Of a stretch of 64,000 nt of DNA, positions 30,569 through 44,602 are shown piece by piece; the stretch's first letter is position 1, and the number at the start of each line of letters is the position of its first letter. This stretch comes from Octopus vulgaris (Eukaryota): the NCBI GenBank assembly GCA_951406725.2, contig OX597814.1, positions 10,974,001 to 11,038,000 of the forward strand. The letters are read 5' to 3'. Made by a program: the position numbers and the translations under genes. Below the pieces are notes generated by a model. It saw only the letters and a program-made list of their open reading frames with translations, was not told the DNA's origin and searched no databases.

Positions 30569-30962
30569 TCTTTTACTTGTTTCAGTCATTTAACTGCGGC
30601 CATGGTGGAGCACCGCCTTGAGTCGAACAAATCAACCCCCCAGGATTTATTCTTTTTAAGCCTAGTACTTATTCTATCAGTCGTTTTTTGCGGAACGACT
30701 AAGTTACGGGGACGTAAACACACCAACATCGGTAGTCAGGTGATTGTGGGGGAACAAACACAGACACACGCACATATATATATATATATATATATAAATA
30801 TATATATATATCGATACCACGGGCTTCATTCAGTTTCCGTCTACCAAATCCACTCACAAGGGTTGGGTTGGCCCGAGACTATAGTACAAGGCACTTGCTC
30901 AACTTGCCACGCCACGCAGTGGGACTGAACCGGGGACTTCGAAACACAGCCACGCCTGTGCC
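30569..30962 (-). mobile_element. SINE family A, near full length
   Basis: Colinear with 13105-13500. Confidence 0.88.
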
Positions 30963-31012
30963 TCAATGTATGTATCTTTGTATATGTATAAATACGTATA
31001 CATACATTCTAT

Positions 31013-31276
31013 CAGTGATTCCCAACACGGAGCATTTCCCTGCCGGTGGGGCCTGGAAAAATTGTGGTGGAACTTAAGATCCAAAGTATTTTTTCTTTCT
31101 GAATAATGTACTTTTATTTTCTACTCAGTAATTAATAAAAGAACTACCGTAGATTATTTTGTATTAAATAATTCTGATAAAATATTCAAAATAAGTTTGT
31201 GTTTTTCCATTTACCGGAGGGGCATACATTCTTCTGGAAAGTTGTAGTGGGGCCTATAGTGGTTTGGGAAACATTT
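31013..31276. mobile_element. hAT-type MITE
   Basis: Imperfect TIRs CAGTGATTCCCAAC ... GTTTGGGAAACATTT. The 8-bp target duplication is CATTCTAT (31005-31012) / CATTATAT (31277-31284), a 7/8 match. No coding capacity. Confidence 0.7.
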
Positions 31277-31277
31277 C

Positions 31278-31324
<47 letters not shown>

Positions 31325-31404
31325 AGACAGAGAGGGAGGGAGAGAAATATCTATGATGTCATTATATGTATATGTAACATGTATACATATATATAAATAT
31401 ATAA

Positions 31405-31449
<45 letters not shown>

Positions 31450-32615
31450 AAGAGGTGGAGAGAGAGAGAGAGATAAATAGATATAATATTATTATATGTA
31501 TATATAAATGCATATATATACATATATATATGCATGTATTTATATATACATATATATATACATATTACATATACATATAATAATATATCTATTTATCTCT
31601 CTCACTCTCTCTCCGCCTCTTTATATATATTTACATATATGTATATGTATGTATATATATTCATATATATATATATTCATATATATATATATATTTATAT
31701 ATGTATACATAGCATTGACCTTTAAAATGTTTTTCATTATGATTTGACCATACGTTTCATGTGAATATCCGTTCTTATTTTCACTGTAGTTTTACAGAAA
31801 ATCTTTGTAATGTTAAAGTAAACACGCCTTAAATTTTATTGTTTCTCGTACGGGCGCCTTTATACGTAACTGTAATATATCTGATGTTTTAGTAAATGAA
31901 ATACACATAAACGAATTTAAATTACTCGAAAGCAGACTTTAAACAGGTAGTTAGTTTACATGTATTTAATTACATTATTTTACGCTCTGCGTTCAAACTT
32001 CAGAGCGATGAAATCTATTTTCAATTCCCAGCATGGTCGATAGAAAAAGTTTCTGTAAAGCAATGTGATCAATTTACTTGATGAACCTATCACCCAAACT
32101 TCGTTGCCTTACATCTATGTTAAGATTGTTTTAAATATTTTCAATATCATAACCATCGTTTTTAATATCATCTATTGTCGTATGAAGCACTTAAATTGAG
32201 ATGGCGTTAGCATAGTAAATGGTAAATGTTTCCTGTCTAAAAGCTCAACACCTATGTTTAATATTGGTCCATCTTGGAAGAAGTATGTAATGTTTACACT
32301 AGTGAAACTACATAATACATACATGCATACATACACATACGCATACAAACACACATACACACACACAATATATATGTATATGTATGTAAGCATGTATGTA
32401 TGTACGTATGCATGTATGTATGTATGTATGTATGCATGCATGCATGTATGTATGGGTATATTTATGTCTGTGGAAATGTAAGTATAAACGCAGTTACCCA
32501 CACATATATATGCTATATACACATTATATATTCTGCATGATATTCAATATAATATATAAAATATTTGCTATATATATGATATATGATACATATCATATAT
32601 ATTGTATATTATATG

Positions 32616-32649
<34 letters not shown>

Positions 32650-32707
32650 TAAGAATTTATGAAAAAAAACAAAAGATGAAGATGGGTGTAGATGTGTTAT
32701 AAGAAAG

Positions 32708-32746
32708 TCCTTTACGTTTCGAGCCTGCGCTCTTCAACAGAAAGGA
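32708..32746 (-). ncRNA. Ultra-minimal hammerhead-like motif (CUGUUGA variant, helix III reduced to palindromic ACGT)
   Basis: Minus strand: TCCTTT-CTGTTGA-A-GAGC-GCAG-GCTC-GAAACGTA-AAGGA, inside a ~150-bp repeat (32660-32810). Confidence 0.5.
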
Positions 32747-32873
32747 ACACAAAAATAAACAGAGAGAGAAGATAAAATGACCGAGAAAATAAAAAAGCTT
32801 TAGTGACTCTATATACGTATGTATGTATGTATGTATGTATGTATGTATGTATGTATGTATGTATGTATGTATG

Positions 32874-33023
<150 letters not shown>

Positions 33024-33406
33024 TAGTATACACGTACATCATACATAGTCAATAAATGCTTACATACTTTCAACCGTTGTCTCTCATATATATATATGAT
33101 ATTTGTACAATTGTAGTGTTAATTAATAGGTGCATTTTACGCCCAGATATTAACCCATCTGACGGGATAGTCTAACCATCGAAATTCACGAAATGATTGC
33201 CTTTGCTATAAGATCATTTTTTCCTTAATGAATTAAAGTAACGTTGTGTCCAAGTGTAAGCCGAAACTATTACTCTGACATGTGGGGAAAGATTATACTA
33301 TTTGTCAAGAAAGAAATATATTTCGAAGTAAACTAATATTGCTGAAAATAAATATAAATGTATATATTAGAACGAATATACGTGTGCGTGTGTATATAGA
33401 CAGACC

Positions 33407-33497
<91 letters not shown>

Positions 33498-33779
33498 GTA
33501 AATATATGTATATATGTATACATGTACTTATACATGTAGGTGTATGTGTATGTCTGTATGTGTGTATACGCATGTGTGTGTAACACCTCTGCACCCAGCT
33601 TTACACATCACGGTCATGTAATATCATGAGGCAAAATACCATTCATGTAACGTAGATGCTCTACTGATATATCAACCACACACATACATACATACATGCA
33701 TATATACAAGCATGCATGCATAGATACAACTACATACACACACATTTTTGTATACATGTAGGTACGTATGTACATCTGA

Positions 33780-33930
33780 GTCAATAAGGGAGAGTCTATG
33801 CGGTTACTCGTCCTCCTAGAAAATACAACCAAATCTTGCTCACATCTCAGCAATACTCTGCGAAAACGGAGGCAGACAGTGGTAGATCTAGTTGAAAATA
33901 CATTATACCTATAATATAGATGTCCGGATA
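33780..33930 (+). mobile_element. Interspersed repeat family C (SINE-like); related copies near 35520-35760 (-), 36700-36875, 37850-38060, 42125-42330, 61920-61970 (-)
   Basis: Shared motif GGTTACTCG.CCT.CTAGAAA.A.CA.CCAAATCT; several copies end in TGGGGTTAAA.AACAACAA. Confidence 0.55.
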
Positions 33931-33968
33931 TCAAAGAGGGAGATACACATATACATAATTATATATAC

Positions 33969-34082
<114 letters not shown>

Positions 34083-34156
34083 TTTATAATAGGGTTTAGC
34101 AAAGATTTCCTTTACCACATACCTAAGTTCACTAATTAATTAATTTTACCCTTTGT

Positions 34157-34201
<45 letters not shown>

Positions 34202-34204
<3 letters not shown>

Positions 34205-34357
34205 GATCGATTTCCTTCAGTTTCCATTTACCAAAACCACTCACAAGCCTTTGGTCGGCCCGAAGTTATAGTGGACGTCACTTGCCCAAGGGTCCACGCG
34301 GTGGGATTGAACACGGAACTATGTGGTTGGGATATAAGCGTCTCCAATACACAGCCA
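34202..34357 (-). mobile_element. SINE family A, 5' half
   Basis: TTCAGTTTCC...CCACTCACAAG...TTGGTCGGCCCG...CACTTGCCCAAGG...GGGATTGAAC. Confidence 0.8.
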
Positions 34358-35023
34358 GACGAAAACATTAGAAAAATGTGATCCTAGATCTACATAAATT
34401 AGGGTAATCGTGTTTAGAATATATGGATCAGGGCTGCGCAAGGACTAAAAATAAGCAACAAAAACAACCATGACCAAACACATGTTGTCATGACATTTTT
34501 CAAAATGGTAGTGGACTATGTAAAATCCGACATCCAAGCATGACCACTGTCAGAAAAATATAAATTTCATACATACGTGTATATAAATGCAGATATCAAC
34601 GTGTATTGTGTATATCTACATATACACACAGATACCCAAACATATATCTTGAGTAAAGCATTCAGTCTACTTATATACAAAATGCGAATATAAACAGAAG
34701 CACTATTTGTACAAAGTTCACTTGCTAATATATATATATATATATATACACATACACAAAACATATATGTATGAATATGTACATATATGTGTAGGCACGC
34801 ACACACACACACACACACACTGTTATCATATGTGTGTGTGTTTTGGTAAAAATAAAAACGGGAAGCACTGCTTTATTATAGTTTTTTTTTTTTTTTTAAG
34901 CTGAAAACTTCACTGAGCTTTACCCTGAGCTTTAGGTTTTAAGGTCCCCGCCCGACGATCAAAAACATGAAACCTAGTGGAGCGATTACTGAAGTTTTCA
35001 AATTCTGCTGCACAGAGGTATCA

Positions 35024-35130
<107 letters not shown>

Positions 35131-35149
35131 GTATATGTATATATACGTA

Positions 35150-35203
<54 letters not shown>

Positions 35204-35280
35204 CATACACATACATACACATACACACATACACACACATATACATACACATACACACATATACATATATATACATATAT

Positions 35281-35341
<61 letters not shown>

Positions 35342-37225
35342 CAACTATTGTAATGATTATTGTAAGTAGACATTTTGTTTATCACTGATGCTGAAAGGTA
35401 TTGTAGCTAGTTAGGTACGATATCTCAGGTGTGTATAAGCGATGTGAGATGGGGTAGATACATGATGCCCAGAAGTTTGTGGTTTTTTTTTGATGATTTT
35501 TGTTGTTGCTGTCGTCCACTATTACCCAACCCCAGGCCAGTCGCGACTGATTAGATCTTCGATGAATAGCAATCTATCGGAGTTAGTCTGCCTAGAACGA
35601 TGTTATTAAATGAGTCCTTTCACAGTCGCTAGCCTATAACTTAGGGGAAATGTTTCAGGTGTTATTTCTAGTAAGAAACAGAATTGTGTGAAAGCTCCCC
35701 TCGCTGCCTTATTTCAAAGGGATGTCTTAAACAGTTTATGTGGAGTAGATTCAAGCAGGAATTTAAACAGAATGGCGATGCCCTACATCTGCTACGAAAA
35801 TATTTCAATAAATTCACTCGTATTATACTCGGACACACACGCAGGCATGCATACACACGTAAAAGTATATACCTCATGCGCACTTATACATGCATATACA
35901 CACACATAGATACAGAACTAAATACAACTGCATACAAGTGAACACATTCTTATAAGCTCACAGAAACTCACCGAATATTTACACACACTGACACACACAC
36001 ACACACATATAGATACATAGCTACTTAAACACATACATGCATAGAAGGCATATATAATTGTACATAATATCACTTGTTATTTTACATACACATTCATACA
36101 CACGTATACATACAACTCTACAATATGCTCACACGTAGACGCACACATACACACCCGCAAGCATGCAATAACACGCACACACATACATAAAATACAAACA
36201 TACGCGTACAAGCGTGCACATGTACTTATAGACGTGTCGTTTACAAAACATCCATTGGAGTCGGACACACGGACACAAAAATGCGTTGTACGGCACTCGC
36301 ATCCGCCGCCACGCACACACGAACACAACTGATTCAGACATGTTCGTTCGCAGACACAACGCATGCTATGGCAAGACAGCCATTAATTGCACACACACAT
36401 TCACACACACACACACACCATTACAGAGGTTTTATTTAACCCCGGGTCATTTCACATCAGGTAGATCATTAATCAAAGAGCGTTCCAGTAGTACCCATTC
36501 TATCTACGGTTGAAATTATCAATGAGGACGGCTGAAACGTAGTACCTTCCGTACTACATTTTCCGATGTCTCACCTCTTTTTGTATTTATCAAACGAACG
36601 GTTGGGTGTTGTTTACCTCAACGTGTAATAGAATAATTAGAAAGAAAACTGAAACGAAATAATTAATTGGTTCGTTAATGGAAGTCACGTGGCTTGAAAT
36701 TTCTTAGCAATAGTAAAGAAGCCATTATAGACTTTCTAGAGATGGCAGCTAAATATTCTTCAGATAACAAAATACCTCTTAAAAGCGGGTGTGCTTTATA
36801 CAGTATAATATGGTCCCAGAGATGATCAAGGCTTTTTTCAGCCAGGAATGACTTGGGGTTAAATAACAACAATAGTAGTAGTGACAACAATAACAGTTAT
36901 TCATCTTTTACACTTCACCCTCTGCATTCCCCAACAAAATTCAATTAATTGATTTTATTAGAGTTATCTATCTTGCGAGTTTTAATCTTGTTTTAGGATT
37001 TTGTTGCGTTTTTCTTTTAGATTTTTAAACATTCTCAGTGGGTGATTCTCTGTACGAATTACGTGGATAATCTCAGATAATCAAAGTTTTTTTTTTCTCC
37101 AGCTCACAAAGTTACATGTATGAGCTCCTATAGCGAGTGTATTTAGTTTGTAGGACGTTTCCCTGTGGTACGTTTCCTTCCGCCATATTGTTGTTATAAT
37201 TGCCATCACTGCAATCCATGTGTGT

Positions 37226-37273
<48 letters not shown>

Positions 37274-38169
37274 CTGTGTGTATACACACATACATGTATA
37301 TGTATGCACGTACGTACGTATATATGTATATACGCATGTATGTATGTATGTACGTATGTATGTATGTATGTATGTATGTATGTATGTATGTATGTATGTA
37401 TTATGTATGTATGTATGTATGTATGTATGTATACAGAGCACTTTTAATCTTACCAACTGAGGTAATACACTTCAAAGAGCAAGTCTAATAATACCGAAAC
37501 ATGTCCGTTACTTTCACTAAGTTATCTTTAAATCTAATATTGACTCACATTTACATCTTCAAAAATTTTTATCGGCTGATATTGGAGTTATCCTCCCTTG
37601 CTTCTGTTGTTATTTTTTTTTTTGCTTTCTTTTTTCTTTTTAGGACATTTTGAACCGCTCCGTTACACCCTAGAGAATATTTCCTGCGGTGGCTGCATGG
37701 GTAAACTTGGTTGATCTAAGTATTTCCCCTCACTGTATTACACATATGCGAGAACCTATGTTGAAAGGACTATCTCTTGAGGTAGTTTTCCCTCCGCCAT
37801 ATTTTTAATAGTAGAACACATTACCACCCAGAGTCAGTGAGGGGAGTTTCTAGGTAGTCTTTCAACTTGTTAGAAATAGCAGCCACTTCTCCCTCGTGTA
37901 ATACACTGACGTGTTTAAAAAGTGACTGATTAGGTAATGGGGTTCTAGATACATACATTTGGAATGGACACAAGGAAAGGTGTACATACTGGGCGATGCA
38001 GATTTGAATGCACAACACTCGGAATCAAATAATGGAATCGTCCACGGCTTGATTAGCCTTGATCATAGATTTACTGGATCAACGCTGACCCAGCAGGAAG
38101 CAATAAGAAAATTATTACTTTATATTTATTATCATTTGTCAACATCATCACCACTGTTAAAAACCCTTC

Positions 38170-38810
38170 AAAGCAACGGTAAAAATGCCACAAAGCATTT
38201 TTATGGTTCTGTATAATCTGAGTTCAAATCCTGCCGAGAACGTCTTTACTTTTCATTTTTTCGGGGTCGATATAATAAACACCAGTGTTATTGGATTAGC
38301 AGAATCATTAGGATGCCCTGCAGTGTTAGTTCCTTGAGATCTATAAATAAAACACTAGTCTACCTAGTTCGTTTACTCCAGATTTGTGGCTTTGTGCCTA
38401 TATTCGAAAACAATTACCGTTCTTGTTGTTGTTTTCAATATTGCTTTTGCCGTGAGTCTCAAGAGAAATGCCCACTGAGACAGAATTTAACTTTCGTCCA
38501 TCAAAACCTTACCACATTCTTCGCCAAAGTTACAATGTTAAAATCCATCAGCTTCCACTTAGATTTGTGGATTCTTTTGGACAAGACATGTCTAACAACA
38601 TATATTGCTATGCTTGATCCCGTACTTTATGCTTCAAGTTCCAATCCCAGCGATGTCAACTTTGATTTTCATGTTCAAATCCTACCGAAAGCGATTTTGC
38701 CAATCATCTTTCGGGGACCGAAGAAAAGAAAATACGAGTCAAGTACTGATGCTGATGGTACCGACTTCATAACTTTTCTTGAGATTCCTAATCATATTCC
38801 TATATTTGAA
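38170..38810 (+). mobile_element. Cluster of decayed SINE family B fragments
   Basis: CTGAGTTCAAATCCTGCCGAG...TTTCGGGGTCGATA (38218-38272); TCAAGTTCCAATCCCAGCGATGTCAACTTTG and CTTTCGGGGACCGAAG (38634-38725). Confidence 0.55.
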
Positions 38811-39653
38811 ATAATAATTGTTGTTGTTGCTGCTAGTGATGGAGGGGGTGGTAGTGGCATCATACTCATGTCAATCAATACAGAGCTAAGTTTCAGAGAA
38901 GCTTGAATCACATTTCTGGCAATAATTTCTGTTAATTAATAAAAGCCCCACTCAGCCCGAAACCGCAGAAATTCCTTTGGTTGCCGTTGGCCGTCTTCGA
39001 ATAATTATAGAGAGGCTGCAGGTTCTGAGGATTTGATTTGTATTTATTTTTGTTTTAATTTCTGTTATTTATAAACATGAAGATATTCTGAATTAGAGGT
39101 ACAACGCTCTACACCAACTGACACAATTACATAAACTCTATTACGTCTACAAACACACATACTTGCATACGTTCACCCATTGAGCTGTGTAATTAATAAA
39201 GTCACCAATAACACAAACACACACACACATATATACATGTATATATAAATATACAAATATATGTTTATATTATGCATGTATATGATATATGATTATATAT
39301 ATATGCGTATATATAGTGATACAAATACATACACAAAGGCACAATAATTACATGAATTTGTATAAATGCCACACATATACGTAGAGGGCATTAAGATGTT
39401 ACAAATTCGTTCCCAAATATACAGAAAACTTGCAATCGCACACTATAAGACCATAAAGGCAAATACATATTTACGTCTAAAGCACTCTACCTACATACAT
39501 ACATACATAAATATAGTTTAGATTTTAAAATGGAAAGCACAACGTTTGGGATTACTCGAAAAATGATGCCAAATTCTGTATTTAAATTAAATGATTGTAT
39601 TTAAATAAAGAATATAAACATAGTGCAGAGTAGTTATGATAAATACGTAAAGT

Positions 39654-39743
39654 GCCTTACAGCTGTTTCTAGTATAGCCTAGCATTTAGCTCATGTTATT
39701 TGTAAAGGGCTTCGCGTGAGCAAAGTATACCGTCATCGGAGAG
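39654..39743 (-). ncRNA. Hammerhead motif (U4C variant) with extended stem II
   Basis: Minus strand: TCT-CCGATGA-C-GGTATA-C-TTTGCTCACG...CATGAGCTAAA...TATACT-A-GAAAC-AGCT-GTA-AGG. The core and AGCT loop match the 44.3-kb copy, but stem II is different and longer. Confidence 0.55.
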
Positions 39744-40117
39744 AGAGAAGTAAGAAAATATAGAAATGAAGAATATCCTCAGTCGAGGATATCAGTAGTT
39801 TTTCAGTACATACATGCATGCATACATACATACATACATACATACAGACAGACAGGTTCTGGTGTTAAGTGTTTAACACTTATAGTATACAAATCAGTAG
39901 TTCCAATTGTCGGAAGATACTGGATTTGATGAGTTTATAAATGGATTGGTGACTTTTTTTTCTTGAATTGAACAAGTAATGTAGAAATATCTAATGAGAA
40001 ATAATCTTGATACTTATACCTGCAATTATTATGTGACTATCTAAACCCAAAGCTTGAAAAGCTGAGATTTGCAGAAATAAAAAGGACAGGATTAATTACA
40101 AGATAACAATTAGAGGA

Positions 40118-40295
40118 GGATTCGGTCCACTGCGTGGTACCCTGGGTAAGACAGTTGCTCCTATAACTTCCCAATAAATTTTGGATTTTATGGAGTGACA
40201 AAGTTGGGAACAAAAACAGGGCAGTGGAAACATACAAGGAAACCAGACGAAAACACATATACATAATACATACATACATGTATATATATATATGT

Positions 40296-40333
<38 letters not shown>

Positions 40334-40363
40334 TATATAGTTACATACATACATATACACACA

Positions 40364-40414
<51 letters not shown>

Positions 40415-40635
40415 GTATATGTATGTGTGTGTATGTGTTTGTCTGTGCCCCCCATCACTGCTTTACAACCGGTGTTGGTGCGCGTATGTCCCCGTAACAT
40501 AGCAGTTCGGCAAAATACACCGATAGAATAATTGCCAGGCATAAAAAAAAAATCAAATCCTGGGGTCGTTGATTCGCTGGTGGGCAAAAAAAATGCTTCA
40601 AGGCCGCAGTCTAATGGCATAAACAAGTAAAAGAT
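40118..40635 (+). mobile_element. SINE family A, older diverged copy
   Basis: GGATTCGGTCCACTGCGTGGTACCCTGGGTAAG head remnant; 3' half CCCCGTAAC...GTTCGGCAAAA...CGATAGAATAA...GGCCGCAGTC...AAACAAGTAAAAG. Confidence 0.75.
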
Positions 40636-41108
40636 GGAACTGTGAAAATATGAAAAAAATATTCCAAAGGTTTAGAATGTATTAAGTGCATATGCACTGA
40701 TGTAGATACAGAAAGCGTGTAACTCCTCACATGTAATAACACAAATACTTGCAAATATGCTTACTGATGCACACACACACATGCAAGTATCGAAATGCAT
40801 ATACGACTACCCAGTTGATGCTTCTTTTTAAATTTCAGCGACAGGTCACACCAACACACATATAGGTATAGACTATATATTCATATGCTTGTGTGTGTAC
40901 ATATGTTACTCACACGGGCAGACGCTCGCTCAAATACACATACACATATACGTAAAGAGAGATAGCGATAGATAAAGCCATACCTCACACATTACTAATT
41001 TAACCTGATATACAATGAATGAATTCAGCATATTAGGCAGAGTGGAAGGATGTGTGTGTATGTATGTATATTTGTATAATACAGCAGCATTTTCGAACTT
41101 CATTTTTT

Positions 41109-41157
<49 letters not shown>

Positions 41158-41161
<4 letters not shown>

Positions 41162-41347
41162 ACTTGTTTGACTGCGGCCATGCTGGAGCACCGCCTTTAT
41201 TCGAGCAACTCGACCCCGGGACTTATTCTTTGTAAGCCCAGTACTTATTCTATCGGTCTCTTTTTGCCGAACCGCTAAGTGACGGGGACATAAACACACC
41301 AGCATCGGTTGTCAAGCAATGCTAAGGGGACAAACACAGACACACAA

Positions 41348-41394
<47 letters not shown>

Positions 41395-41563
41395 CATATA
41401 TACGATGGGCTTCTTTCAGTTTCCGTCTACCAAATCCACTCACACGGTTTTGGTCGGCCCGAGGCTATAGTGGAAGACACTTGCCCAAGGTGCCACACAG
41501 TGGGCCTGAACCCAGAACCATATGGTTGGTAAGCAAGCTACTTACCACACAGCCAATCTTGCG

Positions 41564-41565
<2 letters not shown>
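41158..41565 (-). mobile_element. SINE family A, full length, young
   Basis: Highly similar to 13105-13500 and to the reverse complement of 59348-59707. Confidence 0.92.
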
Positions 41566-41657
<92 letters not shown>

Positions 41658-41678
41658 TAGATATAGATATTCTTTCAT

Positions 41679-41900
41679 TCTTTTTCTTGTTTCAGTTATT
41701 TGATTGCGGCCATGATGGGGCACCTCCTTAAAGGTTTAATTTTTTTAGTGGATGAAATCGACCCCAGGACTTATTCTTTGTAAACGTTGTACTTATTCTA
41801 GCGATCTGTTTTGCCGAATCGCTAAGTTACGGTTGTCAAGCGGTGATGAGGGAAGTCAAACACAGACACAAAGACACATATTCATAAACACACACAAACA
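41679..41900 (-). mobile_element. SINE family A, 3' half
   Basis: TTGTTTCAG...TGCGGCCATGATGGGGCACC...GACCCCAGGACTTATTCTTTG. Confidence 0.8.
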
Positions 41901-42541
41901 CACATTTACATACGTGTATGTTGATGCAAACAGGAAAAATAGGACTCAAAATATGAGTATATGCATATTTTTCTTAATATTTAGCAGAAGTAACCGAGTG
42001 ACTCAAAGTCCGATACTTTCGTGCATTGGCAGTTAACAAATATATATATATACCTGAGAACTACTAATTACATGCTTACGTATACAGTAATTAACTATAT
42101 GCATCTACTACTTAAAATCAATCTAACGAGGAACCCCCTACATAGTTACTCGACCTGCAAGAAATTGCAGGAAAATCTTCCTCTTCTAATAAACTGTCAT
42201 TTTAGATAAAGAAATGGCGGACCATATAATCCTTGACTCCTGCACGTAGATAAAAGATGGGGCGGTCATATGAGGAAAGCTTTTGATCATAAGTTTGTTG
42301 AGTCAGGGTCGTCTTGGGGTTACACAACAAAATAATAACCAACTTATTAGAATTGTGTACATGAGTTAATTAAAAGATAATTCATAGGTGCACACCTTTG
42401 CAGACACTCACAGAAGCTATTTCAAATACGCACACACGCACAAGGACGGGCACAGGCGCACAAGGAGCATTTATACGCGTACACGCACACACGCACGCGC
42501 AAACCAAATGCTCATCATTGTTAACATCATCATCATCATCA

Positions 42542-42605
<64 letters not shown>

Positions 42606-42836
42606 GCAAAAAAAATACAAATACGGACATCGTATTTTGCACATGCTCACACACTCTCACACACTTACACACACAGTTGCGCACATACATTCACGCAGTT
42701 AAACACGCAAATAGTCGCCCGCGCACACACAGCCATATATCCATGATCACACATGAATGAACGTACACACTCACGCACGAACGTATGAATGTGCAAGCAC
42801 AAGGCAATACAACACAAATGTAAAAATTCTAAGCCA

Positions 42837-42872
<36 letters not shown>

Positions 42873-43564
42873 TAATTTCATGAAAATGTGTCGGATTCAA
42901 TGCCATACGGACTAAGTTCGAACCCTACCCGGGTCAAATTTGCATTTCATCCACTGTGCGATAAATAAAGTTAATAGTCCAGTACAGAGGTTCGATTCTT
43001 CTCTATCCCCAGTTCTTACTCCCTTTCAGAAGTGTGCCACGAATAGGGCCGTGGGAGAACACTTATTGCACCTTTTCTCATAAATGGAGAAAATTTAAAT
43101 ATGGAAGAAAATCCTGATACATTATCGAAATCGTTTAATGATGGGAAATAATGTAAAAGCCGCATATTATGATCACTTTCGGAAGACGCCTTTGCGTTAA
43201 TGATAACCAGCTGATAATATTAAGCAAATAAAGTGCTTAAAAACCACAAATTTTGATAAGAATAACCAGTTGTTAATATACATGATTAGGTTAAACGGCT
43301 TCCACTACTGATATTTCGTTTACGTGTTTCAGAAAGCTGAATATTTATATATGGAGGAAAGCTTTTAGAAGATGGTAGAATTCTGGAAGAAGCGCCGAAC
43401 TACATGCATAGCATTGTCTACATAATGGTGTTCCATTATATGAAAGTCAATCTTCGAATTTATGAGTACCAGCATGATTCTGAGGTTTGCACAAGGAGAC
43501 ATTGAGGTCAACAGAATTGATATAATACAGGTCTCCCTCTCAGCAAAATGTATGTGTATATGTG

Positions 43565-43596
<32 letters not shown>

Positions 43597-43884
43597 ATAC
43601 GAGTTTTTGCGTGTGTATGCTCATTCTGACGCGTATGTGCCAAGACGACAAAGTAGCTGATTTCAAACCAATGTGAGGGTATATCTTGTACAGTCACTTA
43701 ATCGACTAGAAATAACAGTCAAATAACCTCGCTCACGTTACACATACACTACATTTCGAAAACAGAGGCGGGGGAGAGGCATGTTTGATAATGTACTTCT
43801 ATATATGATATACATACAATATAGTGTGTGTGTGTGTGTGTGTGTTTTTTTTTTTATATATATATATATCTGCATACATACATA

Positions 43885-43965
<81 letters not shown>

Positions 43966-44177
43966 GCATGTATACATGCATATACATATACATTTACATA
44001 CACAAAAATACATATATGTATGTAGGTGGTTATATGTACACACGGGGATATGTATATGCACTCAAACATACATACATACTACAAGTTGCTTTCCTTCACA
44101 ATCTTTCTACCAAGCAGGTGGCCGGATAAAATTTATTCTTAGTTAAAATGAGAGAGCATTCAAGCACTCACTCTTAC

Positions 44178-44234
<57 letters not shown>

Positions 44235-44291
44235 CAGAATGCGATAAAAATCCAAGGCTGTGGAAGATTTCAGAATATTCATAAATAGAAG

Positions 44292-44339
44292 GTCTTACAG
44301 CTGTTTCCGGGATATTTTATATATCCCTTCATCGGAGAC
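44292..44339 (-). ncRNA. Minimal hammerhead motif (U4C core variant), left arm of palindrome
   Basis: Minus strand: GTCT-CCGATGA-A-GGGATAT-ATAAA-ATATCCC-G-GAAAC-AGCT-GTA-AGAC. Stem I (4 bp) and stem II (7 bp) are perfect, and loop III is the palindrome AGCT. Confidence 0.65.
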
Positions 44340-44554
44340 GGTGTGAGAAGATGGTTAAGCAATAGTTATTCTAGATAAGATATGAAATAGAGAGTGAACT
44401 GAAGAAATGAAAATAGACGTGAGATATGCAGGGATATTGTATCTGTAGTTCCATTATATTCCCTGTATATCTCACGTCTATTTTCATTCATCCACTTCAT
44501 TCTCTATTTCATATCTTATCTAGAATAACTATTTCTTAACCATTTTCTCACATC

Positions 44555-44602
44555 GTCTCCGATGAAGGGATATATAAAATATCCCGAAAACAGTTGTAAG
44601 AG
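44555..44602 (+). ncRNA. Minimal hammerhead motif (U4C variant), right arm of palindrome
   Basis: GTCT-CCGATGA-A-GGGATAT-ATAAA-ATATCCC-GAAAAC-AGTT-GTA-AGAG, a slightly mutated mirror copy of 44292-44339. Confidence 0.55.

Noticed and set aside
38313-38906. 197-aa plus-strand ORF
   Set aside because: It runs through decayed SINE B fragments and has no recognisable domain.
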